Below are positions 1 to 9,835 of a DNA stretch of 20,000 nucleotides, in pieces. The notes under the pieces were generated by a model. It saw only the letters and a list, made by a program, of their open reading frames with translations. It made no database searches and was not told where the DNA came from. The stretch is from Cystobasidiomycetes sp. EMM_F5. Lineage: Eukaryota. The stretch's first letter is position 1. Each line of letters begins with the position of its first letter. Both the position numbers and the translations under genes were made by a program. The stretch lies in NCBI GenBank assembly GCA_051047955.1, contig JBPGPT010000029.1, positions 181,700 through 201,699 on the forward strand. Reading direction: 5' to 3'.

Positions 1-1895
1 GGTCTAGAAGAGTCAATAACAGACTCGGAAACCGACTTGGACGAGTACGCTGGCTGGTCTGCCGCCGGATACAGCACTGCAACAGACGACGAAGCTGACG
101 AAGCTGACGAGCGCCGCAGCAAGACTCTCGACGGGGAATCTCTTCCCCATGGTTCTCTGGATAGATCCGACGAGGCCGACACTCTCGGCTCCTTTGCAGA
201 CGAACTCCGCTCGTGCTTGTCGGGCGTCATGGAGGATATTCGATGGAGAATGCCGTCCAACCCCGCCCCGACCCTCGATGACTGCTTGTCTCTCTTGGAC
301 TCTCTGTCTAATCAATACCAAACCGCAATTCAGCTGCTGCAGAAGCTCAAGGCAAGCTCGTATAGCATCCCGCATCCCGATGTTAGTGCCGGATTGGCAA
401 CATTGAACACCTTTCGTCTTTCTATCATGGAAGCAGCGGCATTTACACAGTCTTCTTCCTCTGACACCGACACACATACACACTCCCCATCACTGCACTC
501 TGTCCGAACGTTTTTCGAAATCGAATCCGATCGATTGACTCAACGACTTTCATCCCCGCTACCCGCGCTTGATAGACTGGCCAGCAACATATCATCCGCA
601 ATTCACGACGCCAGTCATTTCGTGCACGACGAGGGTGAAAAGATTGTCGATTTCGTTGTTGACGAAGCCGAACGATTCAAAGAAGCTTTACGCATGGGCG
701 CTGAGCGTCTCCTTACGTATTCTGAACTTCCGCCGGCATGGCAGAATAACAAGTATATAACTGGATCGTACCGCTTTATTCCAGCCAACCGTCCCGGCAA
801 ACTTCTGCTGTCTACGCTGACCTGGCACAACGAAACGGTCAATAGTGAGTCACACGATGATGCGACCGTAGAGAGAGTGCTCATTCCCCGTCATATCCAG
901 TTCATACCCACCTCATCCCATCACTGTTAATAATCTGGTACATCATTTTCGTTTTCCCCTCAACACCGCTTGGCAACCCAATAGACAACTCCGCTCTCGA
1001 CAGATCCATTTGCTTGCTCTTCCTGCTTGCTGCTCTGTCTTGCTTGCTACTATCGGCGCTTTGGCACACAGCTTCTGGATGTGCAACCTGGTCCATCTTT
1101 CACGGGTAACTTAGAGATTGGCCTCGTGTGACCTGCGAGCAAGGCTAATCGTGTGCATGCATCCAGCTGTGCTACTCTTGATTACAACGGGGTTGTAGCT
1201 CTCATAAGCTGTTCTATCCTCACGATCACACATCAAGGTATGTGTACGCGTATTTGATCCACGTCTGCATCTTGCTAAGCTGGCTGTACCAGGCTTTCGG
1301 TGCAATCCTGTTTATAATATAGGATACAACGTCATGACGTTGCTCTTTTGTGGGGTCGGCATGTGAGCCGCGCGTTTACGGGATTAGAGCAGTCTTGTCT
1401 GAGATATACGTTCTGTTTTATCTGGCGATAGGTACCTGCCCTGGCAGGCATGGTTCGACAAACGAGAATACAAGGTTTTCCGGATCTTCTTCTTTGTGTG
1501 TTTGGCCGGCGGAGGCATCGCGCCAATGTTGCATCTGGGCATCAGCTACGGCTGGGCACAGACATGGGATTTCTTCAGTGGGTCTTTGCCGGATTTGCGA
1601 CTGTAGAGAGTGTCTGTACTCATCTCAGATTGCAGACCCCATTCTTTACAGCATCGCTGCATACAGCATCGGTCTCATGCTGTATGCCTTTGACTTTCCT
1701 GAGCGCCTATCGCCGAGCTTCAACACTCTTCTCCACTCGCATCAATTCTGGCACGTCAGCATCGTTGCTGCCATTGCTCTGCACTGGTGGGCGCTCCAAT
1801 CCATGTCTGAAAAGGGCCTGCAAGGCATGTCGTGCGGGGTGGAACATGGTTCTCTAGACTGGACGAGCCGAGTACTGCGCAGACTCGAGCTATAG
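1..1895 (+). CDS. PAQR / hemolysin-III family (IZH3-like, adiponectin-receptor-like) membrane protein, 5'-partial
   Basis: Frame is open from base 1. Exons <1-844, 901-1105, 1167-1237, 1293-1362, 1432-1577, 1636-1895 join in frame with GT-AG introns. PAQR motifs present: LPPAWQNNKYITGSYR, HNETVNIHTH, SALWH, LDYNG, FPER, HSHQFWHV. The long acidic/helical N-terminal extension resembles Izh3-type proteins. Confidence 0.9.
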
Positions 1896-1959
1896 AGTGT
1901 TTCGAGGAGTAGACCAGCACGGATCAGCCATCATCACGGTGACCCACCACATGTAGCAT

Positions 1960-1983
1960 ATCAAAATGAGCATCAAAATGAGC
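1960..1983 (+). repeat. 12-bp tandem duplication (ATCAAAATGAGC x2) in the IZH-ETFA spacer
   Basis: Read directly: copies at 1960-1971 and 1972-1983. Each contains an ATG in frame with ETFA. Confidence 0.9.
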
Positions 1984-2022
1984 ATATATCTGTTGTCTGT
2001 TGTAATCATATCGACCCAAACC

Positions 2023-3610
2023 ATGCAAACTTCGCTGCGGACGCTGCGACGCTCGCTTTTCAACGGGCTTCCGCACCAACAACGGTGCTACGCCTCGTCG
2101 TCGTCGTCGTCGTCGAATAAAACGCTCCTCCTGCTCGAACATCGCAAAGGCAAGCTCAGCCCCGCCAGCCTTTCAGCCCTCACGGCCGCCCAGGCTATCG
2201 GCGGCGACATTGTTGGACTCGTAGCCGTCGAAGAAGCCAGCGCAGGCAGTGTCGCCGACTCTGCGAAAAAGTGAGCGAAAAGCCCGGGTTTCCGGAAGTG
2301 CCGGCGTTGGATATTATCGAAATCCAGTTGTCGAGGCGCAGTAGCTACACGCAGAGCTGATAGACTAACCTGATTATTATCTTATATTCTCACTGCGTCC
2401 CCGCCATTTCGTGTTGCCGCTCCAGGCTTCCGTTGAAGAGCATCCTGGTTTTCAAAGGCCAGGGTATCGCAAAAGGCCTGGCTGAACCGCTCGCACCGCT
2501 CATTGCAGAGACTGCAAAGCAGGGCAGCTTCTCGCACATTGTAGCTGCGCACACTGCCGTAGGGAAGAACGTCCTGCCGAGAGTAGCCGGACTGCTCGAC
2601 GTCGCGCAGGTGAGAAATTGATGGATGGACTGTCCGCGCAGCACTTGAAATGGTTACCGGTCGCGTTCCCGCTAATATCACTCTTTCATACGCCAGATTT
2701 CCGACGTCCAGAAGGTTGTGAGTGGCGACACCTTCGAACGGCCAATATACGCTGGAAACGCAGTCGCTACGGTCAAGAGCCACGACGCAATCAAGATATT
2801 CACCGTTCGGACAGCAGCCTTTGATCCAGCCAAGGAGACTGATAGCGACGCAAACGTAGAGGACGGCACCGCGTCTCCCGGCGAAGGTATGGACCGCTCT
2901 CTCAGTGCGCAGCGAGCGAGCTTCTGACCGCCGTACACTTCCCAGCTCCCTCGGAGTGGGTGTCGGAGGAGCTGACAGTCTCATCGCGACCGGACCTAGG
3001 CAGTGCAGGCAGGGTTGTATCAGGCGGCCGCGGCCTCAAGAACAAGGAAAACTTCGACCAAGTCATGACCCCGCTGGCAGATGCGTTGGGAGCTGCTATA
3101 GGTGCTTCACGGGCTGCTGTCGATTCCGGCTAGTATGTCAATTCTACCTCGGCGTAACCAGACGTGTTAGCTGAACGCTCCAATCCTACCTGAAGTGCGG
3201 ACAACTCTCTTCAAGTAGGACAGACTGGCAAGGTTATCGCTCCGGTTGGTCGGAGACGCGCAGATTAAGTGCTTAAGAATTCTGACCCATTCTTTGCTGT
3301 GCAAGGAATTATACCTGGCTGTTGGCATTTCCGGCGCCATTCAGCATCTGGCGGGCATGAAAGGTGAGCTTACTATAATGTAAATGGCATTTATCAGGCT
3401 CAATCGTGTCCTGATTGCAGACAGCAAGACTATTGTTGCAATCAACAAAGATGCCGAGGTTCGTCAGCGTCTTCCTCAGCTGCAGACTACGACCGCTGAG
3501 TTTTACGTTTGTTCAAGGCGCCCATCTTTCAGGTCGCGGATATCGGGTTGGTTGCCGACCTTTTCGAAGCTGTCCCGCAGATCGTGGACAGGCTCGGAAA
3601 GGCGGCGTAG
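2023..3610 (+). CDS. ETFA: Electron transfer flavoprotein subunit alpha, mitochondrial (ETFA/AIM45), ~348 aa
   Basis: Exons 2023-2270, 2426-2609, 2697-2886, 2946-3132, 3196-3244, 3306-3363, 3421-3458, 3518-3610. Arg/Ser-rich presequence (MQTSLRTLRRSL). Motifs [97 protein letters not shown]. Confidence 0.97.
2095..2115 (+). repeat. (TCG)7 microsatellite encoding poly-Ser at the end of the ETFA presequence
   Basis: Read directly. Confidence 0.9.
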
Positions 3611-3776
3611 ATGCCCGGTGAGTCCTGCTCGGCGACTTTGGTATCCGACCGGATCTCGCGGACAGCACTTCGTTTTCGTTGTGCCTGTACATCATCTGTA
3701 TCAACTTCCAACATGTACTTAGTGACTGCTGAACAATTGCAATACAGCACAAATCTGACTAAGACGTGCGACGCGA

Positions 3777-5045
3777 CTAGAAACTTGCACGACGCTGCCA
3801 ACTGGGGGCTGCTGCTCCTCCGTTCGACGACGGAGAATATGGCTGGAAGCGCGGCCTCCGCTGTCCTATAGGAGCGGGACTCAGAATGCGAGTATCGTGT
3901 TGATCTTCGGCAATGCTGAGATCTCGCTTTGATATGTAATTGACGGCCTCCAACAACGGCATAGAAAAGGCCACATCTTCAGGGCTCGGCGGCGTCATAC
4001 CTGGCGTGAAATTTCGCGACGAAGATCTTGATGAGCCGGTAAACGGAGCAGTACTGGTACTGGCGCCGTCTTCGGGGTGCATGAGGTTACGGGAATACCG
4101 ATTGCTACTTCTGCTGGCCCTACCTTGAGTGAGATCGGTGCGAGATTCCTCTTTGACCAGATCTCCTGCGTATTCTCTGTCTTCCTCGTCTGCCTCAAAG
4201 ACGTCCATAGCAGTACTGTCATCCTCATCCCCATCCTCCTCTTCTATATCGTCGTTATCGGCATAACCGTTCAAGGTTCGGCGACGCCTTCGGCTTCGCT
4301 TGTTCTTGGCGACTCTCTCGTTTGCATAGGCGATGAATGTGTTACGGCTGGCAGTATTTGCAGTCGCATTCATGCTGTAGCTCCTGGATCTGCCAAGAAA
4401 CGGCGGATGGGTCCCGCTGGCCAGCATCTCCATTCCCTGCCGCCCGTGCTCCCCACTGTGCGAGTAGTGATAACGCAGTCCGTTGGCGTTTCTATATGTC
4501 TTACCGCATGAGTCGCTGCAAGATGTTTCGCAAAGCAGAACAGACACATGCGAAGCTTCAGCTTTGTACCGCGACGGGACTGCCGGGCAGCTCACACATC
4601 GTGGCATCGAAAAGGATATTCCGCGTCGTTGTCCGGTCTTGAGCTTGTGTCTTTGCATTTGCCGTGAAGCTTGTGGTACTATATAATTAAAAGCGGGCCA
4701 TCAGAGAAGCCTGCACAAGCAAGAGTATTTTCGAGGGTTTACCTTTAGGCCATTCAATTGTCTGTACGCTTTTGAGCACGAAGCGTTGGGACAGCGAAAT
4801 GGCTTTTCCTGGAGGATGTATCCAAAGTAGTCCCAGCAGCGTGGAAAAAGTTGGGGGATCAACGAGAGGATTACAAGAATGTCAGCGCGCTGTTGGAAAC
4901 AGTCCAAGTCTGGATCAAGACTTGAACGTACGATATTTGCGACCCAGCGTCTTCCAGCTGTCGACAGCGGTTCCGTCGACGTTGACGCTACGGCTTCGGG
5001 AGTTTCAGCATCTTCATCGCCTCCGGACGCTGAGTCCAATGCCAT
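3777..5045 (-). CDS. SFP1-like C2H2 zinc-finger transcription factor, ~333 aa
   Basis: Exons 5045-4932, 4808-4743, 4678-4596, 4515-3777. The spliced fingers EKPFRCPNASCSKAYRQLNGLKYHKLHGKC and YPFRCHDVDSCGKTYRNANGLRYHYSHSGEHGRQGMEMLASGTH match the Sfp1-type NGL[KR]YH finger pair. A basic NLS-like KNKRSRRRRR, an acidic tract and an S/P-rich tail follow. The start codon is inferred. Confidence 0.8.
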
Positions 5046-5159
5046 TGCCTGGGTTGTCAATATCTGCGACGGTGCTGAGCTCAAGCAAAAAGAGCTACGC
5101 CGGCCTGCTTGGGATCCTAGAGAAAAAAATATGACTGCACGTGACTGCCGCGCCCGCAA

Positions 5160-5169
5160 TGAAAATTTT
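5160..5169. promoter_or_regulatory. RRPE-like motif TGAAAATTTT upstream of the SFP1-like gene
   Basis: Matches the yeast RRPE / Sfp1-associated AAAWTTTT consensus, ~115 nt upstream of the ATG at 5045. Function is not demonstrated. Confidence 0.35.
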
Positions 5170-5365
5170 GCTCGAGCCAGCGAAGAATTTTACAACACGA
5201 ACGATACGGCGACAGGTGAGGGACACGGGGGACAGCGCGGCCGTTATTCATAGGAATACGTCGGCGGAAAAGCGCAGGTATGGATCGCGTTTTCAGCATC
5301 GAAATCCGGCTTCTACAACAACAGCGACTGATTCACTGACTCTGCGGAGGCTAGCGAAAGCAGCC

Positions 5366-6812
5366 TCATGCTCTCTTGGCAAACTTGCGCACGTCAGCGT
5401 CCGCAAACATTCTCCATATAGGCAGGGCGATCTGAATACAAAAAGGCGTTGTTACAAGTACCGTAAGAATCGGACCGATTTCACGTTTTGCTGCAATGAG
5501 CGAGCACATACCGCAGCAATGATCTGCCAAAGCGGATCTATAAAGGCATTTGAAAGAGGCGATGCCCCTCTGGCCGCGTTGCGGAAAATATGACCAATAG
5601 TGTCGGAAGTGATGAGGAAGTTGCCCCTCTCAACACCTGCGCAATGGCACAGCTGCTCAGCCAGTCCCGTCTTCAGGACATGTCACACAAGGCTGCTTAC
5701 CATTTATGAGTGCCTGTGCACACTGCTCGGGAGTCTTGCCATCGTCGGGACCTTCGATCTTTTTCGTGATTGCCGGCTTGCATTTTTCTTCTTCTTCGTA
5801 GCCAGGCGAGTGAATCGTGCCAGGAAAGTAGCAGTGGATACGGATGCCATACATGAGAAACTCGCTCCTGAGGGTATCCGCCAAACCTGTACCATCTTAT
5901 ACTCAGCAAATATTCAACTCGGCTGGGCCTGAAGTACACACCGCGGATGGCGTGTTTGGCAGGAGCATATGCAGAATATCCAGCAAATGAGAACAGGCCG
6001 ACAACAGAGCTCGTCAGAACAATCTTGCCGCGGATGTTGTTTGCAATCATTCGTTTGGCAGCAGCCTGCCGAAATGTGCAAGGTGCTCAGGCGTGTGTGC
6101 GCGCATCCACAGCCAGTCCACATACATGAGTTGTCCATAGAACAGTCTCGTAGTTGACTTGCCAGCCTTGTGACAGCTGCTCGGCGCTGAGGTCCTGGAA
6201 CATGCCCAGAATGCTCCCCGCACCGCCCGAGCACGCAAAGACGTACTCCGGACACGGTATCCCGTTAATCGCACTGTACTCGTTGAATGCCTTGTCTGCC
6301 CCGTCGGCGCTGGACAGGTCTGCAGCGATGCTTTCGAGTTTCTGCTCTGGACGTGTTCTGTTTCCCTGCGGATATCGCGAGCCGCAACGATGGAGAATGT
6401 CAGTGACGCAATGCAACTGCCATTAGGATCGTCAAGAGCTGCACCTCGACTTGAACGAGGGCCGCGGTCAGCTTTGCCCTGCTTCGCGACACGATAGTGA
6501 TATTTGCACCCCTTCTGGCGAGCAAACAGGCCAGAGCCAGCCCGAGTCCTTGCGACCCGCCGCCAACGAGGACGTTCTGCGAGAAGTCCAATGATATCGT
6601 CTCAGCGGGTGCAATTGGCCCACTGTACTATCGGAGTCGCCGACCTTGTTGACCATGGACTCGCGACGTCGAAACATGGTCCTTGCGGAGAAGAGTACAG
6701 CCAGGCCAGCTGCGACGGCGAGCAGAGACGCTAACGAGGGCTGGGTCAGTAAATGAGACGGTGGTGCGACGTGGGCGAGCATCGGTAGGCACATCGACGA
6801 GACGGCGTCCAT
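5366..6812 (-). CDS. TSC10: 3-ketodihydrosphingosine reductase (KDSR/TSC10, SDR family), ~346 aa
   Basis: Exons 6812-6645, 6576-6445, 6365-6126, 6065-5942, 5886-5701, 5636-5512, 5431-5366. Rossmann motif VLVGGGSQGLG, catalytic GYSAYAPAKHAIRGLADTLRSE, KDSR-typical YFPGTIHSPGYEEEEKCKPAITKKIEG, and a C-terminal hydrophobic segment. The start Met is uncertain (6812/6794/6782/6677). Confidence 0.93.
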
Positions 6813-6892
6813 AGGATCATTATTGGCTCACGAAGTCACAACAACATGCTCTAGGCTACATCCGAATGCGCGGTAGGATGACCGGAAAGCCC

Positions 6893-8216
6893 TCAGACAA
6901 CCTTCTTCGACTTGGCTTCCCGGACAGCGGCCAACCGCGACTGGTATGATGGGAGGGTGCCCCGCCGGACAACAGTGCTAGCCTGCCGCACGTCCTCCGA
7001 CCCAAACCCAGGAATCTGCATATTGTATGTACGCTCTGTATTGCAGACGTCGTGAGTTTGTAGCAGTTAGAACAGAAACGCTATTGTGTCAAAGGACCTC
7101 GAGAACCCCTTACCCAAAACCAGATTCAGATCTCGACACTCTAGGCGGTCGCTCTTCCTGTGCTTTGCTAGACGACACGCAAACCGAGTAATGCTATCAA
7201 CAAATTCGTCTGCTACCTCAAGCAGCAGCTGCGAAAAGGGTTTAGAATGCGAAATTTGGCAGAAGAGCAGCCCACTCGCACTCACGTCTTCCACCTGATT
7301 GTCCAGTGTCTGACTCGGGTCAATGCTGTTCATCAACTCCTGCAATTTGCGCTTGTTGTAAGGGCGCCCCTCAGAATTCTTCACGGCCAGCGGACCAGGC
7401 TGACTTAGGCTCGGTGGGACAGTAGAAGCGGTCGAAGCCTGGATGGAGGCAGCCGAGGAAGATGCAGCGATTGCAGATGTCGAAGCTGCCCCTCCGCCAA
7501 GTGAGCGACGGGCCGGAAGATTGGCGATGGGTGGTTTGGAGATGGCAGGAGTGCCTAAGACAGGATTCGTTGCCAGGCCAGAAGACAGCGTAGGCCGTGC
7601 AGCTGGAAAAGGCTCTGGCTGATATTGAGGCATACTGAGCGTTTCTGGGATAGGAAACGCGTTGCCTTGGGTAGAAGTAGTCGCACTGCTCGATGCCTGC
7701 TGGTTTGGAAGTGTCTGTGACTGTTGCGCACTCGCACCAGCTCCAGCAGCTGGATTCTGTGGTTGCGGCGGGTTGGGTGTAGATGCGCCAGCTCTTTGCT
7801 GCATATGATTTTGCAGCTGCGATTGCAAATGCTGAGCCTGGTTTTGAGCCTGGGCGTGAGCCTGGGCTTGCAGCTGAGCCTGTTGCGCCTGCTGCTGCTG
7901 CTGCTGTTGGTGCTGAGCGACATGTGCCGGGGGAGCCATGTGACCAGCAGGTAGACTCCCGTTAGCCTGCATCTGTCGCATCGGCTGCTGAGCCATGACC
8001 TGGGGGGGTGACCCGTTGGGCATCATCGACTGTCCGTTCTGCTGCACGTTTTGCGGGTGCATAGGCTGCTGCGGTTGAAGTATGGGAGAGCGACGCAGAG
8101 CGGGATTCGGAGGTTGTGTAGGCAAAGCTAGGTTTGGGAGGACTTGGTGTTGCTGCGAGGGGATGTGGAAACCCCCTGCAGGTTGCTGGCCAGGGGCTTG
8201 GTTTGGTTGCAGCTGT

Positions 8217-8254
<38 letters not shown>

Positions 8255-9052
8255 CTGCATTTGATGATACTGATTTTGTTGGTGTTGCTGCTGTTGTTGC
8301 TGCTGGAGGTTGCCGTTATTGCCGTTCATTGCCATTTGCGATTGAACGTGCTGATGCTTGAGGGCCATGGCACGCTGCTGCGCGAGCTGAAGATCTGCAC
8401 CGACGGCGGTGCCGGGTCCAGAAGGCTGAGCTGCCGTCAGCAGGCCGTTTGCGACAATCCCATTGCTTCCGTTCAAGTTTCCCATATTACCACCCTGCTG
8501 GCCGGGACCGAGAGGGGGTTGCTGCATGAGCTGCTGCTGCTGGAGCTGCTGCTGGTGGAGGGCAGCCTGCTGGTAACTTCCTGCTTTAACCTGAGCGATG
8601 AACTGCGACAAGTTGCGCTTTGTATTGTCGAGCTCAGCCTGGACCCGGTGACGGTCCTCCGGGGGCAAATCCTGGCGGGTGAGGAGCTGCTCGATGGTTG
8701 CGATTTTTGCATTCTGACCAGCGACGTGGTTTCTCGCTTCCTGCTGCTGCTGCTGCTGGGGAGTTTGCTGAAACTGCTGCAACGGGGCTGGGGAGCGCAT
8801 CATTTGCTGCTGGTTTGCGGGCTGGACTGGAGGATTCTGCGACCTCTGCTGCTGGAGCGAGGCTGACGCGAGCTGCGGAGTCCCATGGGGCTGCGGTTGC
8901 GGTTGTTGTTGTTGCTGGGCTGGCCCGTTTAAAAGATGGCTCTGGCCAGCACTCGCGAGGTAGGATCTCAGCTGCCCGAGCTGCTCATTGTTCAGATGGC
9001 CAGCGTTGGCAGCAGTGACGAGCTTGGCGAGCTGCTCAGTCTGCCCAGACAT
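6893..9052 (-). CDS. TAF12: TFIID/SAGA subunit TAF12, ~674 aa, with Q-rich N-terminal region and C-terminal histone fold
   Basis: Exons 9052-7286, 7228-7114, 7035-6893. Histone fold [72 protein letters not shown]. Fungal motifs RPTLSSGLA and [13 protein letters not shown]. Confidence 0.95.
8213..8257 (-). repeat. CAG/CAA tract encoding Q15 in TAF12 (further shorter polyQ tracts between ~7890 and 8920)
   Basis: Read directly. Confidence 0.9.
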
Positions 9053-9179
9053 GGTTGCAGTTTAGTTTGATTCAGTTGGAACGCCGGAGAGCCGCAGGAT
9101 CCAAAGATGCATGCATTTTGTAAATACAACGACAGGCAGATGCGCTCAAACCGCACGCAGTTGTTTATACACACTACGC

Positions 9180-9676
9180 TCACACTATACGGACAGGTTG
9201 GCTCGACTGACTGGGATGGCTCGCTTCGTTGGCCGTGGATGACTGATGTTGGCGTTGACGGTGCTTTCGCTGCAGTCGCTCCGCTTTCAACTGAGCCATC
9301 TGCTCTTGGAGCTCATCCCGCGTCTCGGATATGTGCTGCGAGCGAGTCAGTAGCCAGTCAGCGTCGTCGTCTGTCAGAAAGACCAAAAGATGTGCCCACG
9401 ACGTCTGCTTTTTCGGGCTGGAGGTACCCATCGCGGAGCGGTCTCACGTTCTGCAGGATCAGTCTGCAGCGTCGGCATCGTGTCCCCGTCATCATCGCAG
9501 TCAGTACTTGTCCACCTTTTCGTACCAGTCCGGGTTGCCGTAGTATGCCATGGCGGCTACCGGGAGGAATACGTAGCTGGCTGCAGGACGGCGTCTGAGC
9601 GACGGGTGCTGGGGCATTGTCTGCATTTCTAGCTGCCCTCACCAAACTTGAACAGCTCCAGTCGTGGTCCGCCCAT
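9180..9676 (-). CDS. PET100: Cytochrome c oxidase assembly factor Pet100, 101 aa
   Basis: Exons 9676-9643, 9580-9516, 9450-9400, 9335-9180 (introns 62, 65, 64 nt). They give MGGPRLELFKFASYVFLPVAAMAYYGNPDWYEKNVRPLRDGYLQPEKADVHISETRDELQEQMAQLKAERLQRKH..., which matches the fungal Pet100 pattern MGGPxLExFKFxxYxxxP...GxPxWY plus a coiled tail. Confidence 0.88.
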
Positions 9677-9835
9677 TGCATGGTTTTCAGCGGTCAAGTT
9701 GGAGCAGTTTCAAGAAGCAACGACGACGAATTGAGAGGCTTTTTGCTTTTTCACCATCGCTTTGGCTGACTTTTCGCTGACACTGACGATGCAAGCAGGC
9801 TCGCTGACTTGAACAGACACTCACGCTCCGCAACG
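9677..9835. promoter_or_regulatory. Compact divergent (probably bidirectional) promoter region between PET100 and LTN1
   Basis: Only 159 nt separate the two divergent ATGs (9676 on -, 9836 on +). Confidence 0.6.

Noticed and set aside
2271..2425. Intronic snoRNA in the unusually long (155 nt) ETFA intron 1
   Set aside because: No box C (RTGATGA) and no clear H/ACA architecture were visible.
6893..7113. Apparent TAF12 truncation (ORF track ends at 7067)
   Set aside because: Explained by intron 7113-7036. The last exon restores the conserved C-terminus in frame.
8144..8866. 240-aa poly-Leu ORF and poly-Cys/poly-Ala ORFs on the plus strand
   Set aside because: These are antisense shadows of the TAF12 CAG/CAA polyQ tracts.
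9358..9681. 107-aa minus-strand ORF and the overlapping 163-aa plus ORF (9107-9598) as stand-alone genes
   Set aside because: The locus is explained by spliced PET100. These ORFs read through introns or are antisense.
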